DNA of 46,891 nt from Deltaproteobacteria bacterium (GCA_021778975.1 JAJYBO010000001.1:1-46891); one strand, 5' to 3'; shown: positions 31,600 to 40,033, numbered from the stretch's first letter. Program-made: numbers and translations. The notes: generated by a model not told the origin, from the sequence alone.

Positions 31600-31629
31600 T
31601 CTATACCATCTGCCAGAACATATTGTCAA
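31600..31629 (-). promoter_or_regulatory. Candidate sigma70-type promoter of the atp operon
   Basis: Minus strand: TTGACA (31629..31624), an 18-nt spacer, then TATAGA (31605..31600). It lies ~90 nt upstream of the b' start. Confidence 0.4.
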
Positions 31630-31708
31630 AAGTTTTTTTTATAATTTTCCTCCGATTTTCGGTTGGAACAAGTCCCCCTATTTTCAAAAAATCAACTGGG
31701 ACGGCGGA

Positions 31709-32809
31709 TCATTCGAACATAAACTGGCGCATACTGATGTTCATCAATATCCCGATGCTCAGCATCATACTGATGACAGACGACCCCCCATAACTGATGA
31801 ACGGCAGCGGAATTCCCACCACTGGCAGCAGACCCATCACCATACCCGTATTGATGAAGGCTTCCCATCCGATCAGGGCCGCAATCCCCACAGCCATCAG
31901 CGCGCCGAACGCGTCTCGACATCCATGCGCAATATTCAGGGTCCAGACGATCAGAAACAGAAACCCCACCAAAATCAGCCCTGCGCCAACAAATCCCCAG
32001 TCTTCCGAAAGAACGGAAAAAATGAAATCCGTATGATGCTCCGGCAAAAACGAAAGGGAATTCTGTGTACCCCCCATCATTCCTTTCCCAAACAACATAC
32101 CGGAACCGATAGCAATTTTAGATTGGATGATGTGATATCCCGCACCCAGGGGATCCAGATCAGGCTCCAGAAACGTTAAAATTCGCTGCTTCTGATATCC
32201 TTTCAGAAACATCCAGACCATCGGAACCGTCACAAGTCCGCATATGATAATGCCGATTAGGGTTCGTTTTTCGATTTTACTGAATGCGGTCATCGTTGCA
32301 GCGATAATAACGATCATCATGGCGGTTCCCAGATCCGGTTGTTTGACGATTAGAACAAAAGGGATCGCTGTCAACAATATCGGCGCCAGCAGCGCCCGAA
32401 ATCCCATGCCCTTGATCGTCGCTGTTCGGGAATAATAACGCGCCAGCACCATGATAATAGCGACTTTCACCAGTTCCGAAGGTTGAAGCGAGACCGGTCC
32501 AAGCGCCAGCCAGCGCTTCGATCCAGCCACATATTTTCCGGCGATCAGGACTGCCACCAGCATCAGAATACAACATATATATACCACATAAGCATATTGG
32601 TCCAGTTTTCGGTAACTGAACAAAAAAGAGCCGATCATCACCATGGTCCCGGCCCCAAACCACATGAGTTGTCTGAAATAAAACGCCTGAATTACTGGCG
32701 TTCCGGACCTGGCAGCACTATAAAGTGTTATCAACCCCGACGCCACCAGCAGCAACGTCACCAGCAGCAGCACCCAGTCAAAATTCTGAATCAATCTCCG
32801 GTCGAACAT
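31709..32809 (-). CDS. rodA: SEDS-family peptidoglycan polymerase, RodA-like
   Basis: 366 aa and about 10 TM helices. LQPSELVK, QPDLGTAMM, QSKIAIGSGM.FGKG and PE.HTDFIF are FtsW/RodA/SpoVE motifs. I call it RodA rather than FtsW because there is no dcw context. Confidence 0.8.
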   Translation of the reverse strand: MFDRRLIQNFDWVLLLVTLLLVASGLITLYSAARSGTPVIQAFYFRQLMWFGAGTMVMIGSFLFSYRKLDQYAYVVYICCILMLVAVLIAGKYVAGSKRWLALGPVSLQPSELVKVAIIMVLARYYSRTATIKGMGFRALLAPILLTAIPFVLIVKQPDLGTAMMIVIIAATMTAFSKIEKRTLIGIIICGLVTVPMVWMFLKGYQKQRILTFLEPDLDPLGAGYHIIQSKIAIGSGMLFGKGMMGGTQNSLSFLPEHHTDFIFSVLSEDWGFVGAGLILVGFLFLIVWTLNIAHGCRDAFGALMAVGIAALIGWEAFINTGMVMGLLPVVGIPLPFISYGGSSVISMMLSIGILMNISMRQFMFE

Positions 32810-32830
32810 AATGAACCCGCTTAAACCCTA

Positions 32831-32859
32831 TCAATCCGAATCAATCCGAATCAATCCGA
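32831..32859. repeat. Tandem 10-bp repeat (TCAATCCGAA x3, last copy imperfect)
   Basis: Read directly. It spans the aroB stop codon (32851..32853) and part of the 41-nt aroB-rodA spacer. Confidence 0.8.
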
Positions 32860-33882
32860 TACGGAAACAAGCTGACGAATCTGCGACATGGACAGGGGAC
32901 GCACCGTTACGGCGCCGATACGGGTCGGGAGGACGAAAAAAATATCATCCCCTTCCCGCTTCTTGTCCTTGCGTATGGCCTCAAAAATCGCTTCCCGATG
33001 CACCGTGTCCATGCGCACAGGCAGATTGAAATGAATCAAAAGATCAACGATACGCTGTACATCCGTTTCAGACAACATACCCATATGCCGCGCCATCCCC
33101 GCGGCCGCGGCCATGCCGATACTCACCGCCTCGCCATGTGGAATCCCGATGGTTTTTTCGATGGCATGTCCGACAGTATGACCAAAATTCAAAATCCGGC
33201 GCTCTCCTTTCTCGGTTTCATCCCGATTCACCACACCAGCCTTGATGACAATCGAATTGTACACCAGGCGCTCGATAACGGCATACTCCAGCGCCAGAGC
33301 ATCCGACCAGTGGTTTTCAAGAAAATCGAACATTGTTTCATCGGCAATGACGGCATGTTTGACAATTTCCGCAAAGCCGCAGAGCAGCTCCTGACGAGGC
33401 AGTGTGTGCAGCAGGTTCATGTCACAAATAACGAATTCCGGCTGATTGAAAACCCCCACCATATTTTTATATCCACCGAAATTGACGCCGTTTTTGCCTC
33501 CCACACTGGCATCCACCTGCGCCAGCAAAGAAGACGCCACAAATCCGAATTTTACCCCGCGCATGTATGTGGACGCCACAAATCCGGTGATATCGCATAC
33601 AATGCCGCCACCGACCCCCACAATCAATGTGGAACGATCTGCCTCCAGCGCCACCAACTGCCGATAAATATCATGCACCGTATCCAGGGTCTTGACGCCC
33701 TCGCCACAGCCAATGGTAAGAACAGGACCGTCCGGAAAATCTTTTCGATACAGCGCTTCGATATGATGGTCCGTAATAATGACGGTTCGACGTCCGGAAA
33801 TATATTGATTCAGGCTGCCCAGACGCTCTCCGATCCACAGTGTGGAGTTTCCGGTTTTTCCATGAATATGTAATTTTTTCAT
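32851..33882 (-). CDS. aroB: 3-dehydroquinate synthase
   Basis: Track ORF 32851..33921. The start was moved to ATG 33882 (MKKLHIHG), which has GGAGG upstream. Motifs: VGVGGGIVCDITGF, LLAQVDASVGGKNGVN, GHTVGHAIE. Confidence 0.9.
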   Translation of the reverse strand: MKKLHIHGKTGNSTLWIGERLGSLNQYISGRRTVIITDHHIEALYRKDFPDGPVLTIGCGEGVKTLDTVHDIYRQLVALEADRSTLIVGVGGGIVCDITGFVASTYMRGVKFGFVASSLLAQVDASVGGKNGVNFGGYKNMVGVFNQPEFVICDMNLLHTLPRQELLCGFAEIVKHAVIADETMFDFLENHWSDALALEYAVIERLVYNSIVIKAGVVNRDETEKGERRILNFGHTVGHAIEKTIGIPHGEAVSIGMAAAAGMARHMGMLSETDVQRIVDLLIHFNLPVRMDTVHREAIFEAIRKDKKREGDDIFFVLPTRIGAVTVRPLSMSQIRQLVSVSD

Positions 33883-33981
33883 GATACTACCTCCATTTAT
33901 TTTGATATTGCTACCATACACGACTCGATATGTAAATCTAAAAACGTGGAGGTCTCCAGTAACAGCGCTCTAAAAAAATAC

Positions 33982-34010
33982 TTGACATGACATTACATCC
34001 GTCATAAAAG
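33982..34010 (+). promoter_or_regulatory. Candidate promoter for the Phe leader / DAHPS-PDT transcript
   Basis: TTGACA at 33982..33987, then a 16-17 nt spacer and ATAAAA/TAAAAG. It lies ~40 nt upstream of the leader ATG. Confidence 0.3.
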
Positions 34011-34046
34011 TTCCTATCAAAATAAAAAAGGATTCACTTTTCGACA

Positions 34047-34121
34047 ATGAACGGGCATCTCATCACTCTCAAATTTTTTGGACGCTTCTTTTTTAGCTTT
34101 AGAAGCGTTCATCCGGAGTAG
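34047..34121 (+). CDS. Phe-rich leader peptide (24 codons): MNGHLITLKFFGRFFFSFRSVHPE
   Basis: Hand-translated: atg aac ggg cat ctc atc act ctc aaa ttt ttt gga cgc ttc ttt ttt agc ttt aga agc gtt cat ccg gag tag. It has 6 Phe codons out of 24. Mutually exclusive hairpins and a terminator follow immediately. Confidence 0.55.
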   Translation: MNGHLITLKFFGRFFFSFRSVHPE

Positions 34122-34142
34122 TCGCCGTTTTCGTCAAAATTC

Positions 34143-34188
34143 GGCCCCGGATGGACTGAAAAACATCAGTCTGTCCGGGGCTTTTTTA
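34143..34188 (+). terminator. Attenuator terminator 1 (hairpin + U-run)
   Basis: GGCCCCGGATGGACTGA-aaaaca-TCAGTCTGTCCGGGGC followed by TTTTTTATTT. Its left arm (CCGGATG, 34147..34153) can instead pair with CATCCGG (34110..34116) at the end of the leader ORF. Confidence 0.65.
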
Positions 34189-34196
34189 TTTATGAA

Positions 34197-34231
34197 AAGC
34201 CCCGTGGGAACATCCCATCGGGGCTTTTTTT
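34197..34231 (+). terminator. Second tandem terminator-like hairpin in the leader region
   Basis: AAGCCCCGTGGGA-acat-CCCATCGGGGCTT followed by TTTTTAT. It lies 70 nt upstream of the DAHPS-PDT start. Confidence 0.55.
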
Positions 34232-34300
34232 ATCGAATTCACATGCGATATACCCGAAACGCATCACCAACCACCATCAACAGAGAGGCACTGTCAGAAC

Positions 34301-36172
34301 ATGATACTCGTACTTCAGAAAAACATCACCAAAGATCAAAAAAGTCATATCCGCAACGTTCTCATGGACAAGGGCTGCGTCGTGCGCGAAATGACAGACG
34401 CCGACCAGAGCATTATCGGCGCTTTGGGAAGAAACAAACTCGATCCGAACTTTCTAAAAAGCCTTCCCGGCGTTGAAAATGTCGTCCCCATCACCACCCC
34501 GTTCAAACTCGTGAGCCGGCAGTGGCATCCGGAAGACACGCTGGTTCCCATTGGAAATGTACTGGTGGGCGGAAAGCGCATTGTAATGATCGCAGGCCCC
34601 TGCGCTGTGGAAAGCCGGGAACAGGCCCTGACCATCGCCAGAGAAGTCAAACGCTACGGCGCACTTGTGTTCAGAGGCGGCGCTTATAAACCCAGAACAT
34701 CCCCCTATTCATTTCAAGGACTTGAAGAAGAAGGCCTCAAAATTTTGGCCGAAGTTCGGGAACAAACCGGGCTCCCGGTGGTTACGGAAATCACCTCGGT
34801 CGCCCAGGCCGATGTCATGATGAAATATGTGGACGCCGTCCAGGTCGGTGCGCGCAACATGCAGAACTTCGAGCTTCTCAAATGCGTCGGGCGCATGGGC
34901 AAACCGGTTGTACTCAAACGGGGGCTGGCATCCACTATCGAAGAATGGCTGATGTCCGCGGAATACATTATGTCCGAGGGAAACGACCGGATCATTCTCT
35001 GTGAACGCGGCATTCGCACCTTCGAGCCATACACCCGGAACACCCTCGACTTATCAGCCATTCCGGTGCTGAAAAAACTCACCCACCTGCCGGTATTGAT
35101 TGATCCCAGTCACGCCACCGGTATTCGCGAAAAAGTCAGTCCCATGGCCCGCGCAGCGATTGCCGCCGGCGCCGACGCCCTGATGATCGAGGTTCATCAC
35201 GATCCGGATCACGCGCTTTCGGATGGCCCCCAAAGTCTGTATCCCAAGCAATTTGGTCAACTCACCCGTGATATTTATGTCATCGCGCCGGTTGTCGGCA
35301 AGCAGCTCGACTTCGATTATCAGGAAAAAGCGTCCTCCTTCGTACAGGACGCCAGCGGGGAATCATCCCAGAAGATCGCCTTTTTGGGAGAACTGGGTAC
35401 ATTCAGCCACAATGCCTGCCTCCAATACTTCGGAGAAAATGCGGATGTCATCCCCAAACCAGGTTTCCGCGCCATTTTTGACGCCGTCGCCTCCAGAGAA
35501 GCCGCTTACGCCATCATTCCTCTGGAAAACTCGCTTTCCGGCAGCATTCATGAAAACTATGATTTGCTTTTGGAATATGACCTTGAAATTGTAGGTGAAA
35601 TCACACTGCGTATCATCCATTATCTGCTCGGACGTCCCGGAACCCGGCTGGAAGACATTCGCCGGATTCTTTCCATCGCTCCGGTGGTGCAGCAGTGCCG
35701 GCAATTTCTCGACCGCTATCCGGACTGGGAAATTGTCACTGTCAATGCCTCGACCAGCGCTGTCCGCGATGTCGTCCAGAGCGAAGGATGCACAAACGCG
35801 GCTATCGGCAGCAAAGAAGCCGCGAAGATGTTCGGCCTCGACATCATTGAAGAGGGCATCGAGACGAACCCCATGAATTTTACCCGGTTCGCCATCATCG
35901 CGGCGGAACCTGCCGGCAAAAAAGACGTTCAGAAATCATCCCTGGTCTATTCGGTCGGCAACCAGCCAGGATCGCTTTACGAAACACTGAAGATTTTTCA
36001 GGAAAATCATATCAATTTGGTGAAACTGGAATCACGGCCCATTTTGGGCAAACCCTGGCAATATATGTTTTATGCGGATTTGGAAGCCGATGTACGCTCT
36101 GCAACCTTTGCCCCGATTCTCGAAGAGGTAAAAAGCAAAACAGATTTCTTTAAAATTCTTGGAACATATTGA
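34301..36172 (+). CDS. Fusion: type I-beta DAHP synthase (with N-terminal ferredoxin-like regulatory domain) + prephenate dehydratase + ACT domain
   Basis: A single 623-aa ORF. Residues ~1-70 (MILVLQKNITKDQKSHIRNVLMDKGCVVREM) form an FL-type domain as in Thermotoga DAHPS. Residues ~80-340 carry MIAGPCAVES, FRGGAYKPRTSPYSFQGL, LKRG and IDPSHATG (the DAHPS/KDO8PS family). From ~350 on, KIAFLGELGTFSH and IPLENSLSGSI mark the PDT domain. The C-terminal ACT domain has SLVYSVGNQPGSLYETLKIF..INLVKLESRP. Confidence 0.85.
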   Translation: MILVLQKNITKDQKSHIRNVLMDKGCVVREMTDADQSIIGALGRNKLDPNFLKSLPGVENVVPITTPFKLVSRQWHPEDTLVPIGNVLVGGKRIVMIAGPCAVESREQALTIAREVKRYGALVFRGGAYKPRTSPYSFQGLEEEGLKILAEVREQTGLPVVTEITSVAQADVMMKYVDAVQVGARNMQNFELLKCVGRMGKPVVLKRGLASTIEEWLMSAEYIMSEGNDRIILCERGIRTFEPYTRNTLDLSAIPVLKKLTHLPVLIDPSHATGIREKVSPMARAAIAAGADALMIEVHHDPDHALSDGPQSLYPKQFGQLTRDIYVIAPVVGKQLDFDYQEKASSFVQDASGESSQKIAFLGELGTFSHNACLQYFGENADVIPKPGFRAIFDAVASREAAYAIIPLENSLSGSIHENYDLLLEYDLEIVGEITLRIIHYLLGRPGTRLEDIRRILSIAPVVQQCRQFLDRYPDWEIVTVNASTSAVRDVVQSEGCTNAAIGSKEAAKMFGLDIIEEGIETNPMNFTRFAIIAAEPAGKKDVQKSSLVYSVGNQPGSLYETLKIFQENHINLVKLESRPILGKPWQYMFYADLEADVRSATFAPILEEVKSKTDFFKILGTY

Positions 36173-36197
36173 TTTAATGTAATTTTCAACCAAATAT

Positions 36198-36222
36198 GAA
36201 ATTTGACTTTTACGAGAGCGTC
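36198..36222 (+). repeat. Fragment (right end only) of the structured repeat family
   Basis: gaaatttgacttttacgagagcgtc matches the right terminus of copies 1-4 (gaaattYgactttttacgagaRYRtc). Confidence 0.6.
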
Positions 36223-36247
36223 GAAGTTCCCCGATGATGTAAATATC

Positions 36248-36275
36248 TTGACAACGCATACAGTTTGGATAAAGT
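36248..36275 (+). promoter_or_regulatory. Candidate sigma70-type promoter upstream of the response-regulator gene
   Basis: TTGACA (36248..36253), a 16-nt spacer, then TAAAGT (36270..36275). Confidence 0.35.
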
Positions 36276-36371
36276 GAAAACCGGTAAATTCAGAACATGA
36301 TACGCCTGCCGGGATATCGAAACCCGGCGGGTCGTCACCTGTTTTCTGACGTATGAACCGGGGAAACGACC

Positions 36372-36815
36372 ATGGAAAATATCAGGAATGCGCGAGTACT
36401 GCTTGTGGAAGACAGCCCGTTTGATGCCGAAATTGTGCTGAGACAGCTTCAAAAAGCTGGATATGCCAGAGACGTGCTGTGGGTTCAAAGCGGCGAAGAA
36501 GCGCTGGATTACCTGCTGGGAATGGGACATTATGCAGATAGAGATCGCCGGGTAAATCCGGAAGTAATCTTTCTCGATCTGTTTCTGCCAAAGATGGGAG
36601 GGTTTGAGTTGTTGCAGCTTCTGAAGGTCTATGACTGGACAAAATCCATCCCCGTTATTATGTTGACCAATTCTCATGAAGAAATGGATATGATAGACAG
36701 TCTGTCTCAGGGGGTCGTCAGCTATATTGTAAAGCCCCTGAGTCAGGAAGGATTGCAGAACGCCCTGGCGGCGCTGGAACATTTCCAGACGCCAAAGCAT
36801 CACCTGCCGGTGTAA
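36372..36815 (+). CDS. Single-domain response regulator (CheY-like receiver)
   Basis: 147 aa. VLLVEDSPFD, IFLDLFLPKMGGFELL, VIMLTNS and YIVKP are the canonical receiver residues. Confidence 0.85.
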   Translation: MENIRNARVLLVEDSPFDAEIVLRQLQKAGYARDVLWVQSGEEALDYLLGMGHYADRDRRVNPEVIFLDLFLPKMGGFELLQLLKVYDWTKSIPVIMLTNSHEEMDMIDSLSQGVVSYIVKPLSQEGLQNALAALEHFQTPKHHLPV

Positions 36816-36848
36816 CACATCGGGAAAAACAAAAATATAGGAGATATC

Positions 36849-37421
36849 ATGAAAGTCTTGGCCATCAGCGGCAGCGCTCGCAAGGACGGCAATACGGCGG
36901 CAGCCGTACGCCAGGTATTTACATCACTGGAAACAGAGGGTATCGAGACCGAACTGATTCAGCTTTCGGGCAAAAAAATCCATGGATGTATCGCCTGTTA
37001 CAAGTGTTTTGAAAACAAGGACAAACAATGCGCCGTTAAGGATGATATCAACGCCTGTATTCAGAAAATGATCGAGGCGGATGGTATCATTCTGGCGTCC
37101 CCCACCTATTTTGCCGATGTCACCTCTGAAATCAAGGCGCTCATGGACCGGGCGGGCATGGTCAGTCGGGCCAATGGCGATATGTTCCGACGCAAGGTTG
37201 GCGCCGCGGTGGCGGTAGCGCGCCGCGGGGGATGTATCCACACCTTCGATTCTCTCAATCATTTCTTTTTTATCACCCAGATGATCGTCCCGGGATCCAG
37301 CTATTGGAATCTGGCCTTCGCCAGAGATATCGGTGAGTTCGAAAAAGATGTGGAAGGCGCGGCCACCATGAAAGTACTGGGCGAAAACATGGCGTGGTTG
37401 TTGAAACAAATTCACCGGTGA
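36849..37421 (+). CDS. Iron-sulfur flavoprotein-like NAD(P)H-dependent FMN reductase family protein
   Basis: 190 aa. MKVLAISGSARKDGNT is the flavodoxin-like FMN site. The compact Cys motif CIACYKCFENKDKQC (C-x2-C-x2-C-x7-C) is as in Isf proteins. Confidence 0.7.
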   Translation: MKVLAISGSARKDGNTAAAVRQVFTSLETEGIETELIQLSGKKIHGCIACYKCFENKDKQCAVKDDINACIQKMIEADGIILASPTYFADVTSEIKALMDRAGMVSRANGDMFRRKVGAAVAVARRGGCIHTFDSLNHFFFITQMIVPGSSYWNLAFARDIGEFEKDVEGAATMKVLGENMAWLLKQIHR

Positions 37422-37427
37422 TATCTC

Positions 37428-37913
37428 ATGGCGGATCGTCATATTTCCACAACCCCGGCCATGCGATGTCTCAAAGAAGCGGGCGCATCGTTTTCGCTGC
37501 ATCCTTATGCCTATGAGGAAAAAGGCGGAACCGCCACGGCCTCGGCGGCCCTGCATGTTGCAGAACACGCTGTCATCAAAACACTGGTTATGGAAGATGA
37601 CGCCGCCGCCCCATTGATCGTTCTGATGCACGGAGATTGTCAGGTTTCCACCCGGACGCTGGCCCGCCAGATCGGCGCCCGATCTGTCCACCCCTGTACA
37701 CCGCAACAAGCCAATAAATATACCGGATACGTCGTGGGCGGCATATCCCCGTTTAGCGTGCGTTATGCCATGCGGATATATATGGAAGCCTCGATCGCCG
37801 ATTTGCCGGCGCTATACATCAACGCCGGCAAACGAGGGCTGTTGATGCGTCTGTCCCCCGCCGATCTGACACGCGTGCTGCAACCGGTTTTCGTAACGGT
37901 CGCCCTGCCGTGA
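37428..37913 (+). CDS. ybaK: YbaK/EbsC-type Cys-tRNA(Pro) deacylase
   Basis: 161 aa. TPAMRCLKEAG..F..H.Y, IKTLVM and TGYVVGGISPF are typical of the YbaK family. Confidence 0.8.
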   Translation: MADRHISTTPAMRCLKEAGASFSLHPYAYEEKGGTATASAALHVAEHAVIKTLVMEDDAAAPLIVLMHGDCQVSTRTLARQIGARSVHPCTPQQANKYTGYVVGGISPFSVRYAMRIYMEASIADLPALYINAGKRGLLMRLSPADLTRVLQPVFVTVALP

Positions 37914-37985
37914 AGCCCAAACGATCCGCATTGTTAATCCCTTCAATCACCAGACGCCTTATAAGATGGACGCCTGCAGGAAATC

Positions 37986-38450
37986 ATGCATCATAAAATT
38001 TTTCAGCTCCTGCTCAATTGTTATCCGCCCTACTGGGGGACAGGAATCGTTGTCGAACATGTAGCACCCGATTACAGTGAAATCAGGGTGCGCATGAAAA
38101 TGAAGTGGTACAACCGCAATTATGTCAAAACCCATTTTGGAGGTTCTCTGTATGCCATGACAGACCCATTTTATATGCTGATGCTGATTCAGATATTGGG
38201 AAAAACACATGTGATCTGGGATAAATCCGCATCCATTGATTTCATCAAACCCGGTCGCGGCGCTGTCAATGCTCGATTTCAAGTGGATTCAACCATAATT
38301 CAGGATATTCTGGCGCACACGGCAAACGGGCAGAAATATCTGAAAGACCTTACGGTCGCCATCACGGATGAAAACGGAGACAATGTGGCCACGGTCGTCA
38401 AGACACTTTATATCCGAAAACAAAAGCCCCCGGCTGCGGAATCGAAATGA
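37986..38450 (+). CDS. Hot-dog-fold protein, DUF4442/YiiD C-terminal-like (putative thioesterase)
   Basis: 154 aa. The YPPYWGTGI...RVRMKMKWYNRNYVKTHFGGSLYAMTDPFYMLML pattern is remembered from the DUF4442 family and is not verified. Confidence 0.5.
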   Translation: MHHKIFQLLLNCYPPYWGTGIVVEHVAPDYSEIRVRMKMKWYNRNYVKTHFGGSLYAMTDPFYMLMLIQILGKTHVIWDKSASIDFIKPGRGAVNARFQVDSTIIQDILAHTANGQKYLKDLTVAITDENGDNVATVVKTLYIRKQKPPAAESK

Positions 38451-38490
38451 GGCGCGCCCCCGCTATATACATCACTCTGAAAAATGCCTA

Positions 38491-39657
38491 TCATCTCTGG
38501 CGTAACGCCGGCATGGGAACGGGTATCTCATACCGCGCGGCCCCTTCTCCGACACCTGCTTCACAGGTGTGGGGGGGGGTCGTGCAAAGCGCCTGCGAAC
38601 CCGGACATCCCGCGGCCCAAAACATAAATCCCAGCATACCGGACGTGATTCCGACGCCCTGAGCGGCTGCAGTCCGAACGTATAACCCCGCGGTATCCTC
38701 TAAAGACCCTTCAAAATGGGCGCATTCAGGTGAAGGAGACATACCTGTCGTGATGTATAGACTTCCCGTCAATTTACAGGGCGCTATCGGTCTCAGGGAA
38801 GCCGCGCCTCCGGAAATACCGTCAATGTGTTCGCGCCAGCCGGCAATGGCTGCGGCCGCACTGGACGGCTGGCGCTCCGGCACCATGGCGTTGGCGTAGT
38901 CCAGCACCGGATGGGAAACGTTCAGCCAGTCTGTTGCGGCTTTTTCCGTGATGGCCGTCAGCCAGCCGGAACCGGGCGCCAGATCAATGGTCAGACGGGC
39001 GGCGCTTTGAAGGCCAGCGGCGTCATAAGGCAGCTTTGAACGATAGGCGTTGATAAACGCCTGCAACCCGGATAAACGGGGAGAAACATCTTCTTCGTAG
39101 TCAATTTCCATTCCTACGCCAAGACGCAGCGCGGCATCGGCGGCATTCAAACCAAGCCGGGAAGGGTTGACTTCCAGCGCCTGATTCCAAAATTTCACCC
39201 AGGCAATGCCGCCGATAGACAGCATGACGCGGATACCGCGCCGTTTGAAATACGCGATGACATCCGGCGTCATCCCCCGTGGAATGCCTTTTAACGTTGT
39301 TGTATCCGTGGCATTCGTCAGCAGCTTCATCGGGTTGACAAAACTGAGCACCACCAGATTGACCGATGGTTTTCCATCCCCTCGATCAATCAGCCAGTGA
39401 TTGTTACGATCGAATTCCGACATGGACGGCTTTTGGCTCCAGGAACAGCCGTCATTACCGCAATGCCAGACGCCATAAACGGTAATGGGGGCGCTGGTGG
39501 CGGCGTCAGCAAAACCTGCATACAGGCCAATCAGAAAATGCGCCGTTAGCAACAAAACACCCCATAAAAAGCGATTTTTCGGTTGAAACAGCGTATTCAG
39601 GGCATTAAGCCCTGTTGTTTTTACCAGGCGCGAAAATGGAAAGAAAAATGAATTCAT
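38491..39657 (-). CDS. Exported protein with GH18-like (chitinase-fold) TIM-barrel signature
   Basis: 388 aa. It has an N-terminal signal anchor (FLWGVLLLTAHFLIGLYAGFADA). VVLSFVNP, GIRVMLSIGG and GVGMEIDYEE resemble the GH18 beta3/beta4 motifs (D-x-D-x-E becomes M-E-I-D-Y-E). The assignment is tentative. Confidence 0.4.
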   Translation of the reverse strand: MNSFFFPFSRLVKTTGLNALNTLFQPKNRFLWGVLLLTAHFLIGLYAGFADAATSAPITVYGVWHCGNDGCSWSQKPSMSEFDRNNHWLIDRGDGKPSVNLVVLSFVNPMKLLTNATDTTTLKGIPRGMTPDVIAYFKRRGIRVMLSIGGIAWVKFWNQALEVNPSRLGLNAADAALRLGVGMEIDYEEDVSPRLSGLQAFINAYRSKLPYDAAGLQSAARLTIDLAPGSGWLTAITEKAATDWLNVSHPVLDYANAMVPERQPSSAAAAIAGWREHIDGISGGAASLRPIAPCKLTGSLYITTGMSPSPECAHFEGSLEDTAGLYVRTAAAQGVGITSGMLGFMFWAAGCPGSQALCTTPPHTCEAGVGEGAARYEIPVPMPALRQR

Positions 39658-39754
39658 GGGTGTTGATCGTCATCATGAAAGATATTATTGAACAAACGTT
39701 TGCATTGGACTATATATACCATCAACCATCCATCTAACACAAGGAGACGGATTT

Positions 39755-40033
39755 ATGATAGGAGACCTGTTTGCCCCGATGCACTTACTGTTGATACTGG
39801 CAATCGCCCTGATCATTTTTGGACCGGGAAAACTTCCGGAACTGGGAAGTTCTTTAGGAAAAGCTATCCGGGAATTCAAAAAAGTCATGGAAATGCCAGA
39901 ATCTAAACCGGAACCCCGGGAAACCAAAATTGAAAGCCCATCGGTATCCCAAAAAATCGAAGACATTGTAAAAGGTCAGGAAGCAACGGACAAAACGCCC
40001 GTTCATGAAACCCAGGCGCACCCCCAGTCATAA
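39755..40033 (+). CDS. tatA: Twin-arginine translocase subunit TatA/E
   Basis: 92 aa. LLLILAIALIIFGPGKLPELGSSLGKAIREFKK is the canonical TatA TM plus amphipathic-helix motif. Confidence 0.85.
   Translation: MIGDLFAPMHLLLILAIALIIFGPGKLPELGSSLGKAIREFKKVMEMPESKPEPRETKIESPSVSQKIEDIVKGQEATDKTPVHETQAHPQS

Noticed and set aside
32831-32859. Short tandem repeat considered as a possible CRISPR or minisatellite array.
   Set aside because: There are only three contiguous 10-bp units, no spacers and no cas genes. It is reported only as a minor microsatellite.
34078-34476. 132-aa track ORF overlapping the leader region and the start of the DAHPS-PDT gene.
   Set aside because: It runs through two terminator hairpins and overlaps the strongly supported 623-aa gene in another frame. 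Its product is basic and low-complexity.
36306-36330. Hairpin CTGCCGGG-9 nt-CCCGGCGG with a weak T-run, 40 nt upstream of the response-regulator gene, considered as an attenuator or riboswitch.
   Set aside because: The stem is short, the U-tract is interrupted, and there is no leader ORF or recognisable riboswitch core. The evidence is insufficient.
38491-40033. Possible Tat-substrate relationship between the exported GH18-like protein and the adjacent tatA.
   Set aside because: The N-terminus of the exported protein has no twin-arginine motif (it has ...KNRFLW...). The genes are divergent, so adjacency is probably coincidental.
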